Positions 40,922 to 53,400 of a DNA stretch of 64,000 nucleotides are shown piece by piece. The notes below the pieces were generated by a model, which saw only the letters and a list, made by a program, of their open reading frames with translations, was not told where the DNA came from and made no database searches. Source of the stretch: Eledone cirrhosa (taxonomy: Eukaryota). The stretch is taken from contig OZ024741.1 of assembly GCA_964016885.1 (NCBI GenBank), forward strand, positions 60,636,001 to 60,700,000, given 5' to 3'. Position 1 is the first letter of the stretch. Each line of letters opens with the position of its first letter. The translations under genes were made by a program, and so were the position numbers.

Positions 40922-42525
40922 ACAGGAGGAAAAAGACGATTATGAGGAAGAAAAATATATTCTTTTCCTTTTTTTGTCTCTCTCTCTTTTTTTTCTGGGT
41001 TAGAAAATGATTAAAGCGAAATGTTTTACTTTGTGTGAAGTGTTAAGGTATTAGTTGATTTATTTATTATTTAACAATGGCATTTATTTATCTATTTATC
41101 TATTTAATTATTGTCTATTACCAGTTTCTGCATTTATATGCATTATCAAATGATAGTGAAATGTATTAGAGTGGTGTCGCACATGTTAAACAGAAGATGC
41201 AGAAAGAATAATGTTATATACAAACAAGGTTTAAGAAGTGAAAAGAAAAAAGAAAAAGGAAAAAAAAAACGTGCATAATGTGGAACGTAAAAAGTCAATG
41301 TGGAAGAAAAGTTAATGTTATTTACAAGCACAGTCATTGAAGTTAAGCAGTTCAAAATGTGTTAATATCGCAAGAGTGCTTAGTTGAACTATGGTTCGGT
41401 GAAGGAGGCAAATAGTGGACTGTGGTTTGATATGATTTCACTTTTTAGAGCGTTAATATGCAGGGGGAAGCAATTCTTGCTGGGTGATATTTAATTTATT
41501 TAAGAAAAAGGATTAGGTAGGGTGTGAGGGAGGTAACTCTTGTAAATGTTTGATGGTTTGTTGCAGTTTTAGATTGGTCCGATTTTTAGGGCATTGAGTA
41601 CTGGTTGAAATTTATTAATGAAATGTGTTTCCTTATTGGTGCGTTGGATGAAAGTAGCGTTGTCTATGAATTTGTAAATGGGGAAAATTTTATAGTTTGG
41701 AAGTTGGTTGAGAGTACCATTGGCGATATGTTCACTAAATGCAAACTTTCTGTATTCCTGTATTTTAATTTGTGATTTATGGACGGTCATACGTTGACGG
41801 AGGCTGTTTTTTGTCTGTCCTATGTAATGCTCTTGACAACCTGAGCAGGTCAAAACATAGATAACGTTTCAGATGCACATGTAAAGTTGTGTTTAACTGT
41901 GAAACGTTGTCCTTGTTTAAAATGGAATGTTGAACCTTCTATTAGATTTAAGAATATGCCACAGTTGGGCCTTCCGCATTTTGTTATTGTAGGGCTTATT
42001 GTGAGGGTTTGTTGGATTTTGGCTTGTGTGGGGATGTTTTTTTATGGATTTGGGTTGTCTTTTGCTATTTATGATGTTGTGTGTTTGGAGGATATTGTTC
42101 ATTCTTGGGTCTCTTTTTAGTAAAGGAATGTTCTGGAGGATGGTGTCCAATGCTTCATTGTTGAGGGGGTTGTGTGTGGAGATGTATGGTAGAGTTTTTT
42201 GTTGCGGTTCACTCCTGGGTTTGGGGTGTCTGAGTTCCTGGATGTCTAGTTTTAGGGCACGTTGGAATCCATTGGTGATTAGGGATGGTGGGTAGTTTCT
42301 GCTGATAAGTGTGTTTTTTAATTCTTCTAGTCGTGTGTTTATCTGAAACTATTGTGCAGATCCCTCTGGCTAGGTTGTAAGGAATTGCCATTTTGGTGGG
42401 TCTAGGGTGGCACGAGTTTAATGGAAGGTATTGTTTGGAGTCTGTGGGTTTGTAGTACTACAAACCCACAGACTCCACACGACTAGAAGAATTAAAAAAC
42501 ACACTTATCAGCAGAATCTACCGGC
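40918..42525 (-). mobile_element. 5'-truncated Penelope-like element (RT thumb + GIY-YIG) with 5' inversion
   Basis: YYKPTDSKQYLPLNSCHPRPTKMAIPYNLARGICTIVSD (PLE thumb); TCSGCQEHYIGQTKNSLRQRMTVH...FINKFQPVLN (GIY-YIG); palindromic junction 42436-42477; degenerate hammerhead at ~41115-41156. Confidence 0.88.
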
Positions 42526-42677
42526 GATGGATCGATTCCTAGTAATCTACCTGTGTGTGTGTGTATGTGTGTGTGTGTTTGTGTGTGTGTATGTGCGTGT
42601 GTGTGTCTGCATGTGTGTGTGTATGTGTGCGCGCGCGTGTGTATGTGTGTGTATGTGTGTGTGTGTGTGTGTGAAAG

Positions 42678-42965
42678 TGAGTCAAATATACATATATATA
42701 TAGAGAGAGAAAGAACCATATATCCAGAGAAGACAGTATATTGTATATATACTACATACATATTACAGAGATGAGTACATATTCTTCTCTGTAATATGTA
42801 GTATATATGCAATGTACAGTGTCTTCTCTGGAGATATGGTTCTTCCTCTCTCTATATATGAATGCATATATATCTTCTAAATTTGACTTATTATTGCTCT
42901 GGATAATGTCTATTGAGCTTGTTGATGCACATAACTCTAACATATTTAATATATTACATTTGTAC
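42678..42965. repeat. Imperfect fold-back palindrome (centre ~42779) plus right tail
   Basis: GAGAGAGAAAGAACCATATATCCAGAGAAGACA...TATTACAGAGA / TCTCTGTAATA...TGTCTTCTCTGGAGATATGGTTCTTCCTCTCTC. Confidence 0.8.
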
Positions 42966-43017
42966 ATATATATATATATATATGAAAAAGGAAAAGAATT
43001 ACTTCACTTGTAGTTGG

Positions 43018-43052
<35 letters not shown>

Positions 43053-44059
43053 TATATATATATACGTAAAATGTGCTTCCGTTTCTACATATGAATTTAT
43101 AAGAATATGATGACTTTATTGACATATCGATTCAGTTAAGGTGACACTATGAAATTAAAGAAAATGTCTGTTAGCCATGATTAAATTTACAATATATTCC
43201 ATATCGATACAAGCGAATCTATTATGAATTATTATTCTATATTATTCGTTTCAATCACCTTATAACCCTTTACATTATTGGCAAAAATCACACTTTATAT
43301 TTTTAATCATTACTTCGACATTCCATTCTCAGAATATATATTTGTCTTCGTGTGCGGTTATATAGTTCTAAACTTATCGACAAGTAAAGTGGACCTCAGT
43401 CAGTTTCGACAAGGATTGTTCTAGTACCGATAGCTCATGTAATTAACTTTCAAGTAACTGGGAATTTCACAGATACGTGTACACTTACCTCAATTCTGAG
43501 GGAGATACAGCGTGACTATATTTGACAAGGCTTGCCTTTTGAATTTCAGGCACAGAACTTCAGATTGGTTTCAAACCAGTTTCCGTGCACCCAATTTAAC
43601 TCACAAAGCATAAGTCAACTCGAGTTTGTGGTAAATGATACTTGCCCAAGATGGCACGCAGTGTGATCGAACCCGTAAATTAATGATTGCGAAACGAACT
43701 TCTTAGACATTTCTCTATGCTGTGCCCAATGAATATTCAACGTATTTATTGAAGGTGAGAATTACTAGAACCGAAACCTTTATAATTTTAACTAAAACCT
43801 CTTTCTTCTAACAACAAAAGAAGTATACGAGGAGATAAAATATTCCTTCCTGTTAAGAGGATGTGGGTGTTTTTATTGATGAACCCAGTGAAAGACGTCT
43901 TACCGGGGATTTTGGTGAGACCCTGGAAATATTAAATGAACGGTGGCTGAACAGAAATATGGAGGGGGGTGTGTGACACGAATTAACTGTATTTCTTAAT
44001 GTTTATAAATATGTTGTACTATGTATTGTGCTTTATAATGAATGATTTCATAGTTATAA

Positions 44060-44470
44060 TAATTATTCAAAATATCTGTTGAGTCAGTAATGTACGGATC
44101 AGGAACATGCATACTGAGACAAGAACTCGAAAAGAAACTAGATGGTACATACACTGAAATTATTAAGGTTGTACGAAAGAGACTGGCGTCAATATATTAC
44201 AAACTTACCCAAGATAATTACTACAATTGCTCAAAGTAATAATTTGAAGGATATTGCTGGAGACGTGAGCAGGAAGTTATACACTAGCTATTATTGTGAG
44301 AACCAACTCACAGGAGATACAGTAGAGGAAGACAGGCTCGAAACTTCATCGATCACCCCTCAGACAATACAAACTTCAGTAGAGTGTAGTTGCCTGTAGC
44401 AATGGAAAATCGAGAATCGTGGTGAGGCTTTGACAGGGATATTCAACTGTGATCGCAATGATGATGATAA
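44060..44470 (+). mobile_element. Decayed RTE-like LINE 3' fragment
   Basis: WRQYITN..LPKIITTI....L..IAG resembles the RTE post-RT region; ends in ATGATGAT. Confidence 0.55.
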
Positions 44471-45822
44471 AATTGAACTGTCATTTTTATAACCTCCTTG
44501 CCGCTACCCTCATTTTTATCTAAGCTTGTCCATCCCCACTTACTTTTAACCCTATATTTACTGTATTATATATTACTTTATCAAGCCCCATGTGTATCGT
44601 AACCCTGTAAGTATATAGTTATCATATTCTCTGTGTAAGCCCTTCTGGCTATTATTATCTTTATTATTATCATTATTATTATCTGTATTAATTGCCGTCG
44701 GATTTATTCATTACTAAGCGTCTCTACATTCATCATATTGAATGAAGGTTACAACCGAGGCCATTTAAAGGGGTTTCATTACGTTTAAAGTAATCACGAG
44801 GAATGTCGTTCTCATTATTAGTTATTGTAAGTAATTCTTCATGAATGAGAAATTATAGATTATTTCTCTAGTAGTCACTTAACTCGCCTGCCAACATCTA
44901 TTTCATCTCTCGCTGTTATCTCATGCACATTCTAACCTTTTACATCAATTCCTTATTAATTATTCACCCAACTGGAAATTTCACATGGCAAGTTAGATTA
45001 AAATCTTTATTAATTGGAAACATTTAATCACACTTTATTTAGCAGTTATGCTGATTGCATGAGCATGTGATGATAACCTCAACCATTTTCACGCATAACT
45101 GACTCAGCAGAGAGCATGTGTATGTGTGGCAGTTATCACGTACTGTTATACAGCTTAGTTAATAGTTTGGTAGCGTTCACGTTTGTATAGATTTTTCACA
45201 TCAATTTACTCACAGGGTAAAAGCATGTTGTAAACTATTTTACGACTGCTCCCAATTATGTAAAATAACCACACACACATACTCACACACTTTTCGATTA
45301 TTAGCGATCGATTTGGTGGAAACTTCGTCATATGGAAATCACGTATATACAAAACTATTACATAAGAAAAGCTGTAAATTTGACATGTAAACATGTCAAG
45401 CTTACGCATTTCCTCGTAAATTGAGTGCACAATTTAATATGTATTAAAATTAACTACCACTATAGACACTAAAATTATGTAAATTATTAGGTGATTTTGT
45501 GATTACTACTACTTGTACAAGGCATTGTAAAGACGTCAGAGACATATTTCTTTGTGATTGTTAGGATATTAGGATCTAAAATTGATTCAAAATATGCTTA
45601 GTACACACTTTAATACGTGAGTGTGTGTTTAGCTCAGTTCACGTTTCTAATATTCTTTGACAGTATTCTAGAGTTCCAAAATGAAGTATATAAATATTAC
45701 TACTGATATAATGTGTTTGTGGTATAAAAAGAACCGGGAACGTAGCAATATCGGTGTGATGATGCTGTATGGCGAATTTGTTATTACGTTTTTGAATATC
45801 TGGTTTTACATTTCCAAATTCC

Positions 45823-46552
45823 ATAATAATAATTGTTTCTACTTTTGGTACAAGGCCAGCAATTATCCCAGTGTATTACTGGTACTTTATTTTATCGACC
45901 CCGTAAGGATGAAAGGCAAAGTTAACCTCGGAGGGATTTGAACTCAGAATGGAAAGGGCCGTAACTCTAAATACCATAATAATGGTTTCTTATGTAGGCA
46001 CAAGGCCAGCAATTTTGGGAAGAGGGAAAAGTCGATGAAATCGACCCCAGTGCGTGACTGGTACTTTATTTTATCGACCCCGTAAGGATGAAAGGCAAAG
46101 TTAACCTTCGCGGGATTTGAACTCAGAATGGCAAGGGCCGTAACTCTAAATACCATAATAATAATTGTTTCTACTTTAGGCACAAGGCCAGCAATTACCC
46201 AGTGCATTACTAGTACTTTATTTTATCGACCCTGTAAGGATGAAAGGCAAAGTCAACCTCGGCGGATTTGAACTCAGATCGTAAAGGGACGTAACTATGC
46301 TGGAAAGCATGGCGTCCGATCCCTCTACCGATACTGCCATAATGGTTCCTAACTTATGCATAAAGCTAGCAATTTTTCTTTTCTGTTTTCGGTGCGAAGT
46401 TGATTATGTCGACCCCAGTATTTTAATGATACTTTCTAGATGAAAGGCAAAGCTAACCTCGGCAGGATTTGAACTCAGAACGCGAAGGACCGTAACTCTC
46501 TGTTACGAAGCATGGTTTCCGACGCTCATCCGATACCGCGAATCCATCGACC
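45823..46552 (-). mobile_element. Nested/tandem array of four SINE family A units
   Basis: Four GATGAAAGGCAAAG..AACCT blocks; junctions at CCATAAT(AAT); last unit most diverged. Confidence 0.9.
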
Positions 46553-46908
46553 ATTAATTATAATAGCAAAAGCAACAATATATTTTGTCTAATCCAAACG
46601 CAAACAGCTCGCAGATCATAATTGAGAGAGAGGCAATAGATATGTTGGGTAAAAAATAGTGATGAATTGTAAAGTTTCAAAATCAATATATGGAACATAC
46701 ATTCAAGTTTCCCCGAATCCCATTATATTTGATTCAAGATCGGTTGAGTAATCTTCTTTCCCTGATACACACGGAAACGGTTATGTCGTTAAAAGCAATA
46801 TTAACAACATGGATATATTCTATTGAAGATGACGGATTACCAAAGATGGAATATAACATAGGCGTTTCCTTTCGTCCTGTGAGTTACCAACATTTAAAAA
46901 AATATATA

Positions 46909-46981
46909 TATACGAAGCTTCTTTGAAAAACTGACTATTATGATCTTCACCATAATTATACATATTTATACATATATGTAC

Positions 46982-47027
<46 letters not shown>

Positions 47028-47078
47028 GTATATATATAAATATATATATGTATATATATATATAAATATATATATATG

Positions 47079-47175
<97 letters not shown>

Positions 47176-47222
47176 GTATAATTATGGTGAAGATCATAAT
47201 AGTCAGTTTTTCAAAGTAGCTT

Positions 47223-47228
<6 letters not shown>
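46909..47228. repeat. Inverted repeat (~50-bp arms) enclosing a (TA)n tract
   Basis: AAGCTTCTTTGAAAAACTGACTATTATGATCTTCACCATAATTATACATA / TATGTATAATTATGGTGAAGATCATAATAGTCAGTTTTTCAAAGTAGCTT. Confidence 0.85.
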
Positions 47229-47292
<64 letters not shown>

Positions 47293-47293
<1 letters not shown>

Positions 47294-47480
47294 AAGCTAT
47301 CGCCGTATTTTGACTAAAGAAATTAAAGAAATTATTTAGCCTGATAGTGGGGTTAAGAACCATTTCTCCGAGTGTTCTATCAGGCTAAATAATTTCTTTA
47401 ATTTCTTTAGTCAAAATACGGCGATAGCTTATATAATAATTTCAAACCCGCCCGGTGTTTCGAAAATATTCTTATTTGAC
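47293..47480. repeat. Fold-back element: 55-bp arms 47293-47347 / 47377-47431 plus tail
   Basis: TAAGCTATCGCCGTATTTTGACTAAAG...GCCTGATAG / CTATCAGGC...CAAAATACGGCGATAGCTTA. Confidence 0.85.
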
Positions 47481-47513
47481 ATATATGTATGTATGTATAT
47501 ATATATGTGTATG

Positions 47514-47560
<47 letters not shown>

Positions 47561-47711
47561 ATACTTTGGGAGGGTCATGTTGCCAATAAGAAACACACGC
47601 ACCAGTTGCTTTCACTTCAATTTAATTTATTATATATTTATAAATTTACAAATTTATAAATTTTTGGTTGGTTGGTTGGTTCCACAACCAGATAGTTGTT
47701 TATATATATAT

Positions 47712-47756
47712 AGTCATAGTTCTTTCGTCACACACTCTGTGACCTCTTCAGTGACT
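47712..47756 (-). ncRNA. Type I hammerhead ribozyme motif (inverted pLTR copy)
   Basis: Reverse complement of 48560-48604. Confidence 0.82.
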
Positions 47757-48559
47757 GGGGATTTCTTTCTTCGTTTCTGTGCCTTTCCTTTCTTCTATCC
47801 TACGCCATTTTGTTTGTGTGTGGGTTGCGTGCTCAGTTTGCGCATGCGCCACATCCGGGTGTCTGTGTGTGTTTGTGTTCATTTTTATATTTTTCTATTT
47901 ATATTTGTTTGTTTATTTATTTATTTATTGTTGGTTGGTTGTTTGTTCTATGTGTGTGTGTGTTTTTTGTGTGTGTGTGTTTTCATTTTGTCTTGTGTGT
48001 GTTTTCATTTTGTGTGTGTTTTCAATTGTAAGTTGTTTGTTCTATGTGTGTGTGTGTTTTCATTTTGTCCTTAATTGTAAGTTGTGATGTTGCTGTTCCA
48101 CTCATATTTTCTATTTAATTTTGGTTTTAATTCTTTTATGCTTACTGCCTCTGTAATTTGCCTAAACATTGCGTCTTTCTTGTGTGTGGATTCTATTTTT
48201 ATTTCTATGCTCTCTAATTTACCCCTGTGTTCTATCTTAGCATGTTGGTAGAGCACAGATGATTCTTTACTATCTTGGAGGTCTCGCCAGTGTTCATTTA
48301 TTCGTTCCCCTATACTACGAGCTGTCTCACCTATGTACACTATATTTTTGTTTCTACATTGTCCTTCAGTACATCTTATGCTATATACTACATTTCTAGT
48401 TTTACAGTTAATATGGGGGCTTATAATAGAAAATTGAACACAAACACACACAGACACCCGGATGTGGCGCATGCGCAAACTGAGCACGCAACCCACACAC
48501 AAACAAAATGGCGTAGGATAGAAGAAAGGAAAGGCACAGAAACGAAGAAAGAAATCCCC

Positions 48560-48604
48560 AGTCACTGAAGAGGTCACAGAGTGTGTGACGAAAGAACTAT
48601 GACT
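48560..48604 (+). ncRNA. Type I hammerhead ribozyme motif
   Basis: AGUCA-CUGAAGA-G-GUCACA GAGUG UGUGAC-GAAA-GAAC-UA-UGACU. Confidence 0.82.
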
Positions 48605-48817
48605 ATATATATATAAACAACTATCTGGTTGTGGAACCAACCAACCAACCAGAAATTTATAAATTTGTAAATTTATAAATATATAATAAATTAAATTGAA
48701 GTGAATGCAACTGGTGCGTGTGTTTCTTATTGGCAACATGACCCTCCCAAAGTATAACAATATCGGTTTCAACACACGATTTCAGATAAAGAATCTTGCT
48801 AAACAAATTCAGAAACG

Positions 48818-48854
<37 letters not shown>

Positions 48855-48892
48855 TATAGAGATATAGATATATATGTATGTATATATATATG

Positions 48893-48966
<74 letters not shown>

Positions 48967-48996
48967 TGAAGTTAATATGTCCAAAGATACTAAGTA

Positions 48997-49077
48997 CCCT
49001 TTCTGATTAGCTTTGGTTTTCCATCAGATATCCATCGGATTTCTGGGGTTTTACAAAGCGAAACTGATCAGTAAGGG
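48997..49077 (+). ncRNA. Hammerhead motif with one core substitution, in a ~200-bp solo insert between (TA)n tracts
   Basis: CCCUUU-CUGAUUA-GCUUUG...CAAAGC-GAAA-CUGAUCAG-UA-AGGG; G8 changed to U. Confidence 0.7.
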
Positions 49078-49160
49078 CCATTAGAAGAGGTAAATATTTA
49101 TATTATATTTTTTAATTTATTTTAAAAGATTGGTTAAAATTTGCTTGTTCTGCTTATCTT

Positions 49161-49233
<73 letters not shown>

Positions 49234-49235
<2 letters not shown>

Positions 49236-49826
49236 TGGCTGCCAACTCGTTTTCGAGTACGGCCACTACTTTATATCCATGTAGGAGAACCCCTACCGAT
49301 GCGCTGAACGAGTGTGACATTTTAGTCCAGCCAGCGACTTGAAAACTCTGGTACAAACACTACACTTGTGACAGTTATTGACACATAGTGCTGGGCCCAT
49401 GGTACCATGTGACAACAAGTGCAGAGAGATCTCCAGATATAAAGCAATGCCTGTGCCGTGAAACTTTTATAGTGAGCAAAGGTACTGCACAAAGCCTGTC
49501 CCACTCTCTTAACCAAGATGATATTTACCAAAAAGAAGAACAAGTCAACATCATTGGATACCATCAGGGTTGCAGGTGTTATATCAGAGCTTTCCTTCTC
49601 CTAGAATTCTGCCTTGACAAAGGCTAAGGAGTCATCTCTCCCGGTGATTTTGGATGGCCATTGACTCTTAAGAGCACCGTTGCCCTTTGACAGGTTTTGT
49701 TTTTAGTCCTGCAGGATGTCCAAAGTCAGCCTCCTCACCAAGAAACCTTGGTGGGGTTGCCAGTTTAGTCGCCAACGACCGGACCATGAGACAGGTTGTA
49801 CTGGGATACATGTTACCAGTAACACC
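49234..49826 (-). mobile_element. Short non-autonomous RTE derivative (5' UTR fused to 3' end)
   Basis: - strand: RTE-type 5' UTR motif CTAGGAGAAGGAAAGCTCTGA, then WRSL...CSVCTRVFKSLAGLKCHTRSAHR* (terminal C2H2) and 3' hairpin ACTCG-AAAA-CGAGT before (TA)n. Confidence 0.7.
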
Positions 49827-50268
49827 AACTTATATATATATATATGTAGGGATGGGTATATATAGACGTACGCCTATATATATTCCTCTCTCTCACATAT
49901 ATATATATGTATATAAATCTATATTCTCATATATTCTCATATAAATTGTGAGGTTGTGAGTTCGATTACCGGACCGGATGATGTATGGCTTCCTTCAGCA
50001 AGACATGTTATTTCACGTTATTCCAGTTTACTCAGCTGTAGAATTGAGTTACAACGTCACTGGTGACAAGCTCTATTAGCCTTAACCTTTCCCTTGGACA
50101 ACATCGGTGCAGAGAGGAGACGGATATGCATAGGCGACTGCTATTTTACAAACAAAAAAACACCATGCCTGGGCTTGTGTCTTGGAGGGTAACATTCTCG
50201 TTGCAAAACCCACGGTCATTCGTAACCATAGGGGCTCTTTATATTTTGCCATATATATATATATATAA

Positions 50269-50460
50269 ACTAAAAATTTATTGACATATATATATCTAAA
50301 ATAAACACATGATTGTTTCATGTGTTTATATTAGATATATATATGTCAATCAATTTCTAGTCGATATAAAATGCTCGGATCTATTCATTGGAATCTTTGA
50401 GCATATTCTACAGTGGATATGGCGCATGTCTTGGACATGACACCCTTAATTTAATTTTGG
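50269..50460. repeat. Fold-back element: ~44-bp arms 50269-50312 / 50318-50361 plus tail, in (TA)n
   Basis: ATTGACATATATATATCTAAAATAAACACATGA / TCATGTGTTTATATTAGATATATATATGTCAAT. Confidence 0.75.
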
Positions 50461-50487
50461 ATATATATATATATGTATGTATATATG

Positions 50488-51539
<1,052 letters not shown>

Positions 51540-51631
51540 TATATATATAAATATAAATTCAGCGAGAATCGCATTTCGGCGGGTAGAAAAAGCGAAACGT
51601 AACGCAAATTCCGAGTCATGCTATATATATG

Positions 51632-51724
<93 letters not shown>

Positions 51725-51725
<1 letters not shown>

Positions 51726-53400
51726 GCGGCGATGAATTAGGTTTTTTATATGAAATCGTGTGTCGAAACAAATATTGTTATACTTGGGGAGGGTCATATT
51801 TGTGTAATATTGCCAGAATTAATAACAGAACACACTCACTGTTTGGTTGGTTTTCGCTTCTCGCTTCTGTGTCTTTTATATCGGTAATCTAACTTACTCG
51901 GTCCTCAATGTTGCCATTGACTGACCGACGGTCAAAAATAATACAGATACAATATAGACACAAACACATATATATAGTTTATCATAAATCTTTCGTTGCA
52001 CATCTGCAACATCGTCAGTGGTGCTATCTTTTACTCCTGTTGTATTGTATGTCTACGCCATTTTTATTCAGTCTGTCTATATATTTATTTATTAATTTGC
52101 TTGTTTGTTTATTTTATTTTGTCTTCTTTGCGCATGCGTTTGCGAGTGTGTATAGTGTTTTGTTTGCTGTGTGATGGGTGACTAGTGTGTGTTTATGTGC
52201 TTGTGTATGTATTTATTTATTTATTTATTTATTTATTTATTTTATTTTATTTACTTATTTATACTTCTCTTAGGTCAGTGTTGTTTGTTTGGGTGTTGTT
52301 GTTATTCCATTCATTTATTTCTGTTTAGTCTTGTCTTCTAATTTCTATTTCACTGGCCTCTCTGATTTGCCTATCTGCTGGGTCATTTCTATGTTTAGAT
52401 ATTATTCTAATTTCTATGTTGTCTATGTTACTGTCATGTTGTTGTCTAGCATGTTCGTATAGTACTGATCCGTTTTTTCGTCCTTTTAGTTCCCCCCAGT
52501 GTTGGTCTATCCTTTCACCTATGCTACGAGCTGTCTCACCTATGTATGTTGTTGTCATGTTTCTGCAAGTACCCTCTGTACATCTTATGCTATAGACTAC
52601 GTTTCTAGTTTTTCAGTTTATCCGGGGGTTTATCTTACATGTGATACATTTCCTATTGGTACAGTGGGTTTTCTTAAAAGGGTAGGTTTTGCTGATCAGG
52701 GATTTTATGGTGGTTCCTGGCTTTTCTATCACCTTAATTTTTAAGTGGGTCTTTCTCAGGGCCTTTCTACACTGGTTAGCTAATTTCCCTCCAGGGGTAG
52801 CGTCCACAAACATGACACTCTGGTATCTCTGGTTGTCGTACCATGAGGTGGCTTTCCCTATCTTATGTCTAGCCCTATCTAAGCTATTCCATGATTTGCT
52901 CCTGTATAATGGGCAAATTCCTTTCATGTCCAGTTCTATGAGGGTCTTATACTTATCCATGGCTCCTTCGTATACTCTGACTCTGTCTCTTTGGTTGTAG
53001 CCAGAGAACTGCATGCCGTTGATGAAGTGTTGGATGTGTCTTTCCATTTCTGTTGGGTCGCACATGCGGGACACATTCTTCATCACTCGTACCAAATCTG
53101 CGATCAGAATATTAAACTTAGCACTACTCGACATTGCTGAGTTTTTGAGTATCAGGTATTTGGAGGCCATGGGTTTAGCATAGTGTGAGTGGAGAATTTG
53201 GGCTCTCTCGTCTATAGTGTTAATCCAGTTTGATTTAGAACGTATAGTGTTAATCAAGTTTGATTTAGAACGTAGCACGATGGAAAGCATCCAGCAGATA
53301 GCTAATTCCATACACCAGAGTATAACTGTAACTATCGACTTCCCTTCCAAACACCCTAACAATAGACTACCTGTATTAGACACAGAACTCTGGCTTCCAG
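51725..53400 (-). mobile_element. 5'-truncated Penelope-like element (Neptune-like RT C-terminus, Zn linker, GIY-YIG, pLTR) with inverted RT fragment at the 5' end
   Basis: MQFSGY..PLYR..WY..VMFVDATPGG..CTNRKCITC; YIGETARSIGERIDQH..RQIREA; the + strand 53270-53395 TMESIQQIANSIHQSITVTIDFPSKHPNNRLPVLDTELW is the upstream RT part, inverted. Confidence 0.92.
51981..52022 (-). ncRNA. Type I hammerhead ribozyme motif
   Basis: - strand ACCA-CUGACGA-U-GUUGCA GAUG UGCAAC-GAAA-GAUU-UA-UGAU; same architecture as 48560-48604 with a different but paired stem II. Confidence 0.8.

Larger units (their letters stand above)
47555..48820 (-). mobile_element. Penelope-like element (Neptune-like): GIY-YIG flanked by inverted pLTRs (47555-47881 / 48435-48762) plus tail
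   Basis: INCKTRNVVYSIRC...YIGETARSIGERINEH...RQITEAVSI...LNRKYEWN; near-identical inverted arms; (TA)n on both sides. Confidence 0.92.

Noticed and set aside
47493-48775. Paired ORFs 47493-48074(+) and 48071-48775(-) with identical N-termini as genes
   Set aside because: The identity comes from the inverted pLTRs; only the GIY-YIG part (about 48071-48430) is real coding sequence
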